DNA of 64,000 bases from an uncultured Acidobacteriota bacterium (GTDB lineage Bacteria > Acidobacteriota > UBA6911): NCBI GenBank assembly GCA_963747985.1, contig CAVVHG010000012.1, positions 36,054-100,053 of the forward strand. Direction: 5' to 3'. Position 1 is the stretch's first letter. Each line of letters starts with the position of its first letter. A program made the position numbers and the translations under genes. A model generated the notes under the pieces. It made no database searches. It saw nothing but the letters and a program-made list of their open reading frames with translations, and was not told where the DNA came from. Shown here one piece after another: positions 55,621 through 64,000 of this stretch.

Positions 55621-57363
55621 ATGACGGGGAAGCGACCGGCTGCGTTGCTCAGTGTCCTGCTTGCAGGTGCAGGGGTGGTGGGTGGGTATCAGGGCGAAGC
55701 GCCGCTCAAGATCGCGGTGAGCTTCGGATCAGCGCTATCACGAGAGCCGATCGACGGGCGGCTTCTGTTGCTCTTCTCTGCTGACGATTCGGCCGAACCG
55801 CGTTTCCAGATCAGCGATTCGAGCCTCAACACACAGCAGGTGTTTGGCATCGATGTCGAGGGCCTGAAGCCCGGCGAAGAGAAATTCTTCGATTCGCGGG
55901 TCTTGGGCTACCCCGTGGATAGTATCAGCGGTGTGCGCACCGGCACTTACAACGTGCAGGCCGTACTTCACAAGTATGAAACGTTCCGCCGGGCCGGCGG
56001 CCATGTAGTAAAGCTCCCCATGGATCGCGGTGAAGGCCAGCAGTGGAATCGAGCACCCGGAAACTTGTACAGCACTCCCCGGAAGCTGGCGATCAATCCG
56101 CGGGAAGACAGGACGATCCAGATCCTCCTCGACAGGGTGATTCCACCGATCCCGGAGCCTGCGACAACAAAGTACGTCAGGCACGAGCGAATCAGGAGCG
56201 AGCTGCTCTCGAGATTCTGGGGGCGGGACATGTTTCTCGGCGCGCATGTTCTGCTTCCGGAGGGCTTCGACACTCATCCCGGGGCACGCTATCCGCTGGT
56301 GATCGATCACGGCCATTACCCGGCGACATTCGAGGGCTGGCGCGAGATGCCTCCGGACCCGAACGCCGGGTGCCAGCAAAGCGACCGCTTTCACATAGAT
56401 TGCTATAACCGCATGGAAGACCAAGCGGCTTACCAGCTGTACCGGGATTGGACTGCGCCGGATTTTCCGCGTGTTATCGTGATCCAGATCCAGCACGCGA
56501 ATCCCTACTACGACGATTCCTATGCCGTGAACTCGGAGAACCTCGGACCGTATGGCGATGCGATCACGAAGGAACTGCTACCCTACATCGAGAAGAAGTA
56601 CCGCGCCATCGGGGCGGGCTGGGCACGGTTCATGTATGGAGGTTCGACGGGGGGGTGGGAATCGCTCGCGGCGCAGATCTTCTACCCCGGCGACTTCAAT
56701 GGCTGCTACGCCGCCTGCCCGGATCCGATCGACTTCCGTGCCTACACGGTGGTCGACATCTACGGGGATGACTCCGCCTACGAGTGGACGGGGCCCTTCA
56801 AGGTTGTGCCCAAACCCGGCCATCGGGACTACCTCGGGCATATCTCAGCGACGCTGCGTCAGATGAACCAGCTGGAACTGGTGCTCGGCACGCACTCACG
56901 CAGCGGGGGACAGTGGGACATCTGGGAGGCCGTTTATTCTCCCGTCGGCCCGGATGGTTATCCGAGGCGCATCTGGGACAAGCGGAACGGCACGATAGAC
57001 CATGAGGTGGCAAAGTACTGGCAGGAACACTTCGACCTGTCCTATATCCTGCGGCGCGACTGGGCCAACGGCCTCGGCAGGAAGCTGCAGGGTAAGATTC
57101 ACATCTACGTCGGCGAAGCGGACAACTTCTACCTGAACAATGCCGTGTACCTGGTCGACGAGTTTCTCAAGGGCACCAGAGATCCCTATTACGACGGCGA
57201 AGTCGACTACGAATGTCGCGCGGAGCATTGCTGGAACGGCGACCATACACGCCCGAACGCTTTGTCACGCCTTCGCTATCCGCAGCTGTTTATTCCGCGG
57301 ATCGTTGAACGCATCCTCAAAACAGCGCCGCCGGATGCAGACTTGACATCCTGGCGCTACTGA
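55621..57363 (+). CDS. Secreted esterase-family alpha/beta hydrolase (esterase D / enterochelin-esterase-like).
   Basis: RBS GAGGAGG. Signal peptide MTGKRPAALLSVLLAGAGVVGG. ...ARFMYGGSTGGWESLAAQIFYP has a GxSxG-type serine elbow. Confidence 0.6.
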   Translation: MTGKRPAALLSVLLAGAGVVGGYQGEAPLKIAVSFGSALSREPIDGRLLLLFSADDSAEPRFQISDSSLNTQQVFGIDVEGLKPGEEKFFDSRVLGYPVDSISGVRTGTYNVQAVLHKYETFRRAGGHVVKLPMDRGEGQQWNRAPGNLYSTPRKLAINPREDRTIQILLDRVIPPIPEPATTKYVRHERIRSELLSRFWGRDMFLGAHVLLPEGFDTHPGARYPLVIDHGHYPATFEGWREMPPDPNAGCQQSDRFHIDCYNRMEDQAAYQLYRDWTAPDFPRVIVIQIQHANPYYDDSYAVNSENLGPYGDAITKELLPYIEKKYRAIGAGWARFMYGGSTGGWESLAAQIFYPGDFNGCYAACPDPIDFRAYTVVDIYGDDSAYEWTGPFKVVPKPGHRDYLGHISATLRQMNQLELVLGTHSRSGGQWDIWEAVYSPVGPDGYPRRIWDKRNGTIDHEVAKYWQEHFDLSYILRRDWANGLGRKLQGKIHIYVGEADNFYLNNAVYLVDEFLKGTRDPYYDGEVDYECRAEHCWNGDHTRPNALSRLRYPQLFIPRIVERILKTAPPDADLTSWRY

Positions 57364-57548
57364 GTCCGCAAAACGACAGTGCCGGCAGGTGGAATCGATG
57401 CGACGACAGGGTGGAATGCCGCCAGGCGACTGTTCTACATCGTCTCGATGAGAATGCCCTTCTGCAAAGTGGTCAGGGATACGTTTACTGGAACGGAGTG
57501 GTCATCTGGCATAAACTACACTGGCAATTTGTCACCCAAGGAGAATCC

Positions 57549-57890
57549 ATGAAACACAGAATTCCGGTGGTTGTGATCCTGGTTCTGGGTCTGACCCTTG
57601 TGCTGGGCTTCGGTCTTTTTGCGCAGGTAAGAAAGGATGCCAAGACGGGGCAGGACCGTATCGAGGGAAAGGTTCAGACGCTCGACAAGGCCAAATCCGC
57701 TCTGACCGTACTGCAGAGCAACGTCTCGACAAATGCCACATGGCGTGTCGTATTCAATGACAAGACGAAGATCACGGCACACAACAAGCCCGCCAGGATC
57801 GATGATCTTAAAGTGGGAAAGCGCCTGATTGTCCTCGGCAAGTACGACCAGAACGTGATGACCGCCTCTCAGATTGATATCCGGAACTAG
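57549..57890 (+). CDS. Small secreted hypothetical protein.
   Basis: AAGGAG lies 6 nt upstream. MKHRIPVVVILVLGLTLVLGFGLFAQ is a signal peptide. 113 aa. Confidence 0.4.
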   Translation: MKHRIPVVVILVLGLTLVLGFGLFAQVRKDAKTGQDRIEGKVQTLDKAKSALTVLQSNVSTNATWRVVFNDKTKITAHNKPARIDDLKVGKRLIVLGKYDQNVMTASQIDIRN

Positions 57891-58454
57891 ATACCAATAG
57901 ATTAATCGGCGTAGTCCGCGGATTAGGCGCCCCAACCGCCAAATGGCTGCACGGGTCTGGGGCGTCTGCTCCGAGACAACCATACTCAAGTCACTGCAGC
58001 GCACAAATCTTCGGAACGGACGTGGTCTGCTGTTTCGAGGTTGAGGCAAGCGTCCCCGCAACACCGAAAGAAGCCGCGGTCATGAAGAGTGCGATCATTG
58101 CAGGAGCTGCGCTTGCCACCTCTCTGCTCCTTCTTCTGTGGCTCCGGTCGATGGCGTTTCAGGCCTTCACCCTTGCGGCTGCAACTCTCTGTCTGGCAGC
58201 CTGGATGGCGTGTCGCTGGCACGACAGGAGGAGATCCGTCGAGCCACCGATGTGCGTCTCCTGGCGTCGTTTCTGGCTTCTCTGCTGTTTCTGACTTTGG
58301 TGGTCATGGTCTGCCTCGCCGTTGTCGGAGGGCTCGGACACGGCGGCAGGGCAAGCGCGACCGTGCCGCACAAGTGGTTGCTGAGCTTTCTGCTTGATCA
58401 GAACGCGGATCCGAACCTGGTGGACGTGCATTTCACCTGCCGGACGGAGGTTGC

Positions 58455-60121
58455 CTATGGAGCGTCCGGGGAAGTTGCGCCAATCCCCAGTCGTGCCGGC
58501 CTGCTTTCCAGATCGTGCAGGGCTGCCAGGAATCGCGGATGGTTGCGGATCTGATCGAAATCGCTGTCGTTCTTGATCCATTCGACATGACTGAAGCCGG
58601 CGCGAACCGCCTGTTCGAAGTAAGCAACGGCTTCCTCGATCATGCCCATGCGGGAGTGGAAGCAGGCTGTACCGTAGACTATGTAGGGATCGTCGGGATC
58701 CAGGTCGTAAGATCTCCGGGCCCATTGCAGTCCTTCTGAATGGTCGCCGAGCTCCATGAGAGCTGTAGCGCCCAGATAGATCGCGCGAGAATCATCGGGG
58801 TTCAGATCCAGCTGCTTCCTGACCTTGGCTAGAGTGCGACGATAGGCTTCTTCCGCCCTCTCCCGCTGACCAAGAGTGCGGCAGGTGAAGGCGAGGAGTG
58901 AGGGGGCCTGGCAGTCATCAGGCTTGACGATCTCCGCCTGTTCATAGAGCCGCGTCGCCTCCTCGAGCTTCCCCTGCACGAAGCAGGTCCGGCCATAGAA
59001 ATAGTAGGCCTCAAACAGGTGAGGATTCAGGCGAATGGCCGCCTGGAACTCCTTCTCCGCCTGGCCGTACAGTTTGCTGAGCGACGCGGCGAGGCCGCTG
59101 GCCGAGTGCGCCTCTGCGAGGTCAGGATCGAGCTCGAGGGAGGTGCGGCTCATTTCTCGTGCCAGTTCGAGATTGAGCTGATCGTTGTCAAAGTACATGT
59201 ACAGGTAGGAATAACAATCCGCCATGCCGGCCCATGCCTGGGCGAAGGTCGGATCCTTACCTGCGGCGCGGGTCAGCAATTCGAGAGCGCACTGGATACT
59301 CTTGCGTTTCGACTTGTAGAAGAACTGACGGCCACGCAGGTAGAACTCGTACGCTTCGACACTCTGCGTGGGAGCTTTGCCGAGGATGCTCCTTTCCCTG
59401 TCACTTAGCTCCACTTCAAGTGCACGGACCACCTTCTGGGAGATCTCGTCCTGGATCGCGAAGACGTCTTCGCTTTCCCGGTCGAAGCTCGCTGACCAGA
59501 GCTGGCACCCGTCGGCAACATGCACCAGCTGTGCCGTAATCCGAAGGTGAGTCCCGGCCTTACGCACGCTTCCCTCGAGGACCGCTCCGACCCCGAGTTT
59601 CCTTCCGATGCTCCGGACATCCTCGGCCTGCCTCTTGAATGCGAAGGCCGAAGTCCGGGCCGCAACCCTCAGTCCCCGCAGGTGCGTGAGACGATTCGTG
59701 ATCTCTTCTGCGATGCCATCGCAGAAGTACCCATGATCCTTCCCCGGGCTCATGTCGGAGAAGGCCAGCACTGCGACTGAAGGAAGGGGAGACGCAACCG
59801 GGGAGGCGCCGGCCTGGACCTGGGCGATCAGCCTGTATCCGCGGCGGGAAATGGTCTGGATTACGTGCGGCTCGCGCGCGTCGTCGCCGAGGACCTTGCG
59901 CAGCGTGGATATCGAATAAGTGAGCGCTTCCTCTGTCACATGCGTGTCGGGCCAAACCGCGCGAAGGATTTCTTCTCTCGTGAAGACTTCGCCCGGGCGT
60001 TCGGCCAGGCAGACAAGGACATCAAGGACTTTGGGCTCAACGGATACAGCAGTGTTTCCCCTGGTGATGCGGTTCAGATCGGGCTCCACAACGAAGTCCC
60101 CGACCTGGAATCTGCGCGCCA
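58455..60121 (-). CDS. Winged-helix (OmpR/CadC-type) transcriptional regulator with an N-terminal DNA-binding domain, a CadC/TolB-like middle domain and C-terminal TPR repeats.
   Basis: MARRFQVGDFVVEPDLNRITRG...REEILRAVWPD...YSISTLRKVL (trans_reg_C). ...SVAVLAFSDMSPGKDHGYFCDGIAEEITNRLTHLRGLRVAARTSAF... Then TPR-like repeats. Confidence 0.75.
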
Positions 60122-60258
60122 TGGAAGATCCTCTGGGGTTTTTCAGAGAGAATACTAACACCTGGCAGGAGGATTCTCATGCCGGACCTTGAGAGCGGGC
60201 AAGAGCCACGCTCTCCCGGGAGGGGTGTGCGCAGGAAACGGTTGGCGGGCAAGCGGCC

Positions 60259-60297
60259 GGCAAAAAGAGAAAGAGGTTCCGGGGACACCGGAACCTC
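60259..60297 (-). terminator. Rho-independent terminator of cspA.
   Basis: On the minus strand there is a perfect 10-bp stem GAGGTTCCGG-tgtcc-CCGGAACCTC, followed by TTTCTCTTTTTG. Confidence 0.6.
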
Positions 60298-60319
60298 TCG
60301 TTCGAAACTGACGACCGGG

Positions 60320-60523
60320 TTACAGCTTCACTACGTTCTGAGCCTGCCAGCCCTTGGGCCCTTTGACGACATCAAAGGTGATTCGATCACCCTCGTTGAG
60401 CGATTTGAACCCTTCAGCCAAAATGGCTGAATGGTGCACGAAAACATCATCTCCGCCATCTCGGCTGATGAAGCCGTAGCCTTTTTCGTTGTTAAACCAC
60501 TTTACTGTTCCTTGTTCTTTCAT
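60320..60523 (-). CDS. cspA: Cold-shock protein (CspA family).
   Basis: [34 protein letters not shown] has the RNP1/RNP2 motifs. 67 aa. Confidence 0.9.
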   Translation of the reverse strand: MKEQGTVKWFNNEKGYGFISRDGGDDVFVHHSAILAEGFKSLNEGDRITFDVVKGPKGWQAQNVVKL

Positions 60524-60694
60524 TTTTCCCTATTCTTTCCCGCCTCTCGAGCGGATGTTTTTGACTGTCCTGTACTCATGTTCTCGTCACCAACTGGCAT
60601 CGTGCCCAAAAACAAGAAAGGCTGCTTGCTCCTCATCAGGAGCCGCAGCCAGAATCTGTTATGACTGGTACAAAAACCTGATCAGACGGCGAGC

Positions 60695-60723
60695 ATTATA
60701 GGACAATGGCCACCCAAATGCAA
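60695..60723 (-). promoter_or_regulatory. Sigma70-type promoter of cspA (TTGCAT, 17 nt spacer, TATAAT) with an ~165-nt 5' UTR.
   Basis: The minus strand reads cTTGCATttgggtggccattgtccTATAATgctcgcc. The long leader is typical of cspA-family mRNAs. Confidence 0.5.
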
Positions 60724-60857
60724 GGAAGACATTGATTTCAATATCTTTTGGACCAATTGCCGCGGGGAACGATGCGGCCGGCTTGCACGCGTGTAACTGC
60801 TCATTGCTTTCTGCCCCCCGACGGGGATAGAAATGATCCCATGAAAGGAGCGGACTT

Positions 60858-61685
60858 ATGAATTCCATTCACATCGGGTTGAACGCCGAGTTCTCACGCA
60901 GTTCGGACAAGCCCTTCGAATGGGCTGTCGAGCGCGCGGCTGAGATGGGTTACAGGTATTTTGAACCGATGGTGCACTTCGGGCGCGAGTTGATGAGCGA
61001 GGCCGGCTACTACCACACCGTGTCCATGTTTGACGATCCGTGGCGCATCAAGGACGCGTGCGACAAGGCGGGCCTGAGGATTTCAGCCCTGCAGTGCCAC
61101 GGACCGCTTGGCAGACCCGACGTCCATGGCGAGTATGTCAAGCTCGCCATCCGCGTCGCCGCGGAAATCGGCGTCGGTGTGGTTAACACGGATGAAGGCA
61201 TCAAGGCGAAGTGGACCACCGAGGAGGAAGACTTCGTACTCATCAAATATACCCTGCAGGAGGCCGCTTTCGTCGCCGAGCGCCGCGGTGTCAAGATCGG
61301 GATTGAGCCGCACGCGCAGTATTCGCGCACTCCCGAGGGGCTCGATCGCATCTACAACCTGGTCAAGTCGCCTGCCATCGGCATCAACTTCGATACCGGC
61401 AACGCCTATCTCTGCGGCCACGACGTTTACGCCTGGCTGGAGCGCGTCGCCGGGCGACTGGTGCACCTGCACGCAAAAGACATCTCCGTGACGCACGGCG
61501 AAGCCGAACGTGGGAAGGTGACCGGCACGCCCGTTGGCTGCGCCTGCGGTGAGGGCATTCTTGACTGGACCCGGATCATTGAGATCGTGAAGCGCAAGTG
61601 CCCGCGCGACATCGTCTTTTCCGTCGAGTGCGGGACACCTGCGCAAGCCGCAAAGAGCTTGGAGCACCTGTCGAGGCTGGTCTAG
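60858..61685 (+). CDS. Sugar-phosphate isomerase/epimerase (xylose-isomerase-like TIM barrel).
   Basis: AAGGAG RBS. ...GYRYFEP...GIEPHAQYS...GINFDTGNAYLCGHD...HLHAKD has the AP_endonuc_2-like metal ligands. Confidence 0.75.
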   Translation: MNSIHIGLNAEFSRSSDKPFEWAVERAAEMGYRYFEPMVHFGRELMSEAGYYHTVSMFDDPWRIKDACDKAGLRISALQCHGPLGRPDVHGEYVKLAIRVAAEIGVGVVNTDEGIKAKWTTEEEDFVLIKYTLQEAAFVAERRGVKIGIEPHAQYSRTPEGLDRIYNLVKSPAIGINFDTGNAYLCGHDVYAWLERVAGRLVHLHAKDISVTHGEAERGKVTGTPVGCACGEGILDWTRIIEIVKRKCPRDIVFSVECGTPAQAAKSLEHLSRLV

Positions 61686-61973
61686 CGCAGTCCGTCTGAT
61701 CTGCACGGGGAGCTGCAAAGAAGCGAGCAAGAAGCTGCAATGCCAGGGCGAAAGCGGCACCTGGTTGCGGTCTCGACGGAGTGAAACGAGTCCTTTCAGT
61801 GCCGGGCAGAATAGCACGGGGTGCAAGCCCCGGGTCCCCGAATTCGGACGAACCGATGAACCCTGAAGGGATTCAGCGGGACCTGGTTCCGACTCCCTTC
61901 GTGGTGCCAGGACGAACGCTATTCTGATAGTCCGCGATGCTGGCCAATTTCGTGCTGTTGAAGGCTGCGCGCC

Positions 61974-62876
61974 ATGCTGAAACCGACCTTCCATGACTAC
62001 CTCGGCACCCTGCGGGTTCCGTTCCTGCTCCTCAATCCTTCGTGTGTTGCGCTCGGAGCCGGCTGCGCGTTCTGGCGCAAGGGTTCCGTCAACTGGGTCG
62101 ACGCACTGCTTGCGTTGATCGGGGCGGTATGCGCCCACGCATCAGTGAACTCGCTCAACGAATACTCGGATTACCACACCGGCGTCGATTTCCGCACCGT
62201 CCGAACACCCTTTAGTGGCGGAAGCGGTACACTGCAACGCCATCCCGGCCTGACGGGATATGCTTTCGGAATCGGGCTCGCGTGCGCCGCGGCGACCGCG
62301 GCAATCGGTCTCTATTTTGCAGTTGCCTGCGGGTGGAGAATCCTGCCCATAGGAATTCTCGGCCTGATGACCGTTTCCCTCTACACGCCCTGGCTGACTC
62401 GCAGGCCTTTGCTCTGTCTTGTAGCGCCGGGTCTGGGCTTCGGGACGTGCATGGTGATGGGAACTGACGTCGTGCTGGGTGGAGACTACTCGATGACGGC
62501 ATTTGCGGCGTCGATGATTCCATTCTTCCTGGTCAGCAACCTGCTTCTGCTCAACCAGTTCCCTGATGTCGAAGCTGATCGCTCAGGCGGGCGCAAGAAT
62601 GTACTGGTCGTGCACGGTACCGGGACCGGCGCCGTCATCTACACCTTGTTTTTGGCAGGAACCTACATCTCGGTGATCGCCGCGGTGTTTCTGCGGATCC
62701 TGCCACCGCTCTCTCTCCTGGCTCTGTTGACGGTGCCTCTTGCGGTCCGCGCGTCGATTGGGGCGCTCAGAGACGGCCGCGACACCGAGAAGCTGAAACC
62801 CGCGCTCGGAATCAACGTCCTGCTGAACCTTCTGACCCCTCTCCTGCTTGCCTGCGGGCTGTTTCTATCGCGATAG
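61974..62876 (+). CDS. UbiA-family prenyltransferase (MenA-like).
   Basis: 8-9 TM helices. VNSLNEYSDYHTGVD resembles the MenA/UbiA Asp-rich motif (N-x-x-x-D-x-x-x-G-x-D). Confidence 0.6.
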   Translation: MLKPTFHDYLGTLRVPFLLLNPSCVALGAGCAFWRKGSVNWVDALLALIGAVCAHASVNSLNEYSDYHTGVDFRTVRTPFSGGSGTLQRHPGLTGYAFGIGLACAAATAAIGLYFAVACGWRILPIGILGLMTVSLYTPWLTRRPLLCLVAPGLGFGTCMVMGTDVVLGGDYSMTAFAASMIPFFLVSNLLLLNQFPDVEADRSGGRKNVLVVHGTGTGAVIYTLFLAGTYISVIAAVFLRILPPLSLLALLTVPLAVRASIGALRDGRDTEKLKPALGINVLLNLLTPLLLACGLFLSR

Positions 62877-62886
62877 TCGCAATTTG

Positions 62887-63840
62887 TTACTTTTTGGCCC
62901 GAAGATTGTTTGGATCGAAGGCGACTGAGGCGCTCTTGTAGCGGCAGACCAGGGCTTCTCCTGCGAAGGACTTGTACGGCTCGCCCTTGCAGGTACCATC
63001 GAGGATGTGCTCCACGCAGGTGATCTGTTCGCCGACAAAGATCTTGGGCAGGGGGAGCCCGTGCCCCGGCATGATCGTGTCGAACTCGCCTTCTCGCTTT
63101 TGCAGTTTCTTCAGGCTCTCGAGGTAGATCTCCAACGGAGTGCAGGTCGGCAGGAAGAGCCACACGAGCACGTTGTCATTGTCGCCGGTGAAAACAACCC
63201 TGTTCGTGGAATCCAGCAGCACGATCTCCCCGGGCGTGTGACCGGGTGTATGGATCACCTCAAGTTTTCGTCCGCCCAGGTCGAATACCTGTCCGTCCTT
63301 CAGGGCCAGGAGTTCAGCTGCAGGCATTCTCAGGGCATCCTCGAGGGGCACCATGTCTTCTGCCGGGGCGCCTTTGACCATGTTCTCTGCCATTCGTTTT
63401 CTGGAATCCTCCGAGTTGGTCTCCTTGATCGCCGCAGACTCCAGCGGGTGGGCATAAACGGTCTTGAACTGGTAGTTGCCACCCGCGTGATCAGGGTGGC
63501 CGTGGGTGTTGACGACAATCAGGGGCAGACTGGTCAGAGTCCTGACGAATTCGTTCAGCTTTGCGACGCCCAGACCCGTATCGATCAGCATGGCCTTCTG
63601 CCTGCCTTCCACCAGGTACATGTTGTCGCTGCCGTGGTCATTGATGCACCAGACCCCGTCAGCCACCTTCCTGGCGGTGAACCATGACGGACCGGCCGAG
63701 TCCGCCTGCACACCGGCAGCCTGGTAACTGCCGCCTTCGTCCGCCATGCAGAGGCCACTCTGTGCCTGCCTGCCGGCCACGCAGAGTGAAAGCCATAACA
63801 TGAGCGTGGAAGCGAAGAGGAACTCGTATCTCTTGTTCAT
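62887..63840 (-). CDS. MBL-fold metallo-hydrolase, secreted.
   Basis: GGAG RBS. Signal peptide MNKRYEFLFASTLMLWLSLCVAG. VVNTHGHPDHAGGN (HxHxDH). Confidence 0.75.
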   Translation of the reverse strand: MNKRYEFLFASTLMLWLSLCVAGRQAQSGLCMADEGGSYQAAGVQADSAGPSWFTARKVADGVWCINDHGSDNMYLVEGRQKAMLIDTGLGVAKLNEFVRTLTSLPLIVVNTHGHPDHAGGNYQFKTVYAHPLESAAIKETNSEDSRKRMAENMVKGAPAEDMVPLEDALRMPAAELLALKDGQVFDLGGRKLEVIHTPGHTPGEIVLLDSTNRVVFTGDNDNVLVWLFLPTCTPLEIYLESLKKLQKREGEFDTIMPGHGLPLPKIFVGEQITCVEHILDGTCKGEPYKSFAGEALVCRYKSASVAFDPNNLRAKK

Positions 63841-63941
63841 CGCAACTCCTTTTCCGCTGGATGCGTTTTATCACTCAGAGGCTGCGGACGGCAAGTCGAC
63901 CCGCTAACCGGGCTCCTGTCGTCACCAAACCCGCGATCTTC

Positions 63942-64000
63942 TCAGATGAACAGGTTGAATCCGGAGACGAAGACTGCGCACACAAACCAGCCCGCGAGGA
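63942..64000 (-). CDS. 3' end (C-terminal ~19 aa) of a membrane protein gene that continues beyond the window.
   Basis: The minus-strand frame ...LAGWFVCAVFVSGFNLFI-TGA runs off the window end. Confidence 0.3.
   Translation of the reverse strand, partial: LAGWFVCAVFVSGFNLFI

Noticed and set aside
56885-56905. GGGGGACAGTGGGACATC inside the esterase gene, resembling the REP-like repeat
   Set aside because: Only about 10 nt match, it lies in coding sequence (SRSGGQWDIW), and it lacks the complementary arm. Probably coincidental.
57900-58455. Overlapping hydrophobic ORFs (58081..58294, 58138..58554, 58089..58397) downstream of the small secreted protein gene
   Set aside because: Three frames all give plausible-looking hydrophobic or Arg-rich peptides, as expected by chance at this GC content. 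None has a convincing RBS or recognisable homology, so none was called.
1-64000. CRISPR arrays, rRNA/tRNA genes, transposases, integrases or phage genes
   Set aside because: No direct-repeat/spacer architecture was found, no rRNA-like or cloverleaf-capable sequence, and no transposase or integrase motifs in any frame. The only repeats are the short REP-like palindromes and the promoter cassette.

Overview
This is a high-GC (~62-65%) bacterial chromosomal window. The gene content points to Acidobacteria: an ADOP-type duplicated FtsX permease, a Ser/Thr kinase with TPR repeats, a CadC-like winged-helix plus TPR regulator, many Sec- and TAT-exported hydrolases, and GGAGG-type ribosome-binding sites. 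About 55 protein-coding genes are recognisable. Most encode secreted peptidases and hydrolases: M28, S33, S9, M3, M48, NlpC/P60, a sulfatase, amidohydrolases and alpha/beta hydrolases. There are also periplasmic (TAT-signal) Gfo/Idh/MocA oxidoreductases and enolase-superfamily enzymes, plus housekeeping genes (typA/bipA, cspA, cdsA). No rRNA, tRNA, CRISPR array, transposase or integrase was seen.

The observations worth a second look are:
- A TAT-signal C_GCAxxG_C_C family redox protein whose first conserved Cys position is an in-frame TGA. It is a selenocysteine candidate; the alternative is a point mutation.
- A five-gene, translationally coupled lipid operon on the minus strand: fatty-acyl reductase-like SDR, BtaA-like aminocarboxypropyl transferase, CDP-alcohol phosphatidyltransferase, YegS-like lipid kinase and CdsA. 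It suggests a non-canonical polar lipid pathway.
- A family of about 22-24 nt G-rich palindromic REP-like repeats, GGGGACA(C/G)YGGTGACTGTCCCCC. There are seven copies, three of them clustered in one divergent promoter region.
- A duplicated ~50 nt promoter cassette (TTACCA, 18 nt spacer, TATAATGGCG) in front of two secreted hydrolase genes.
- An unusual number of disrupted genes: three frameshifts, one in-frame stop inside a signal peptide, and three gene remnants. This indicates either real pseudogenisation or assembly indel errors, and it lowers confidence in the selenocysteine interpretation until checked.
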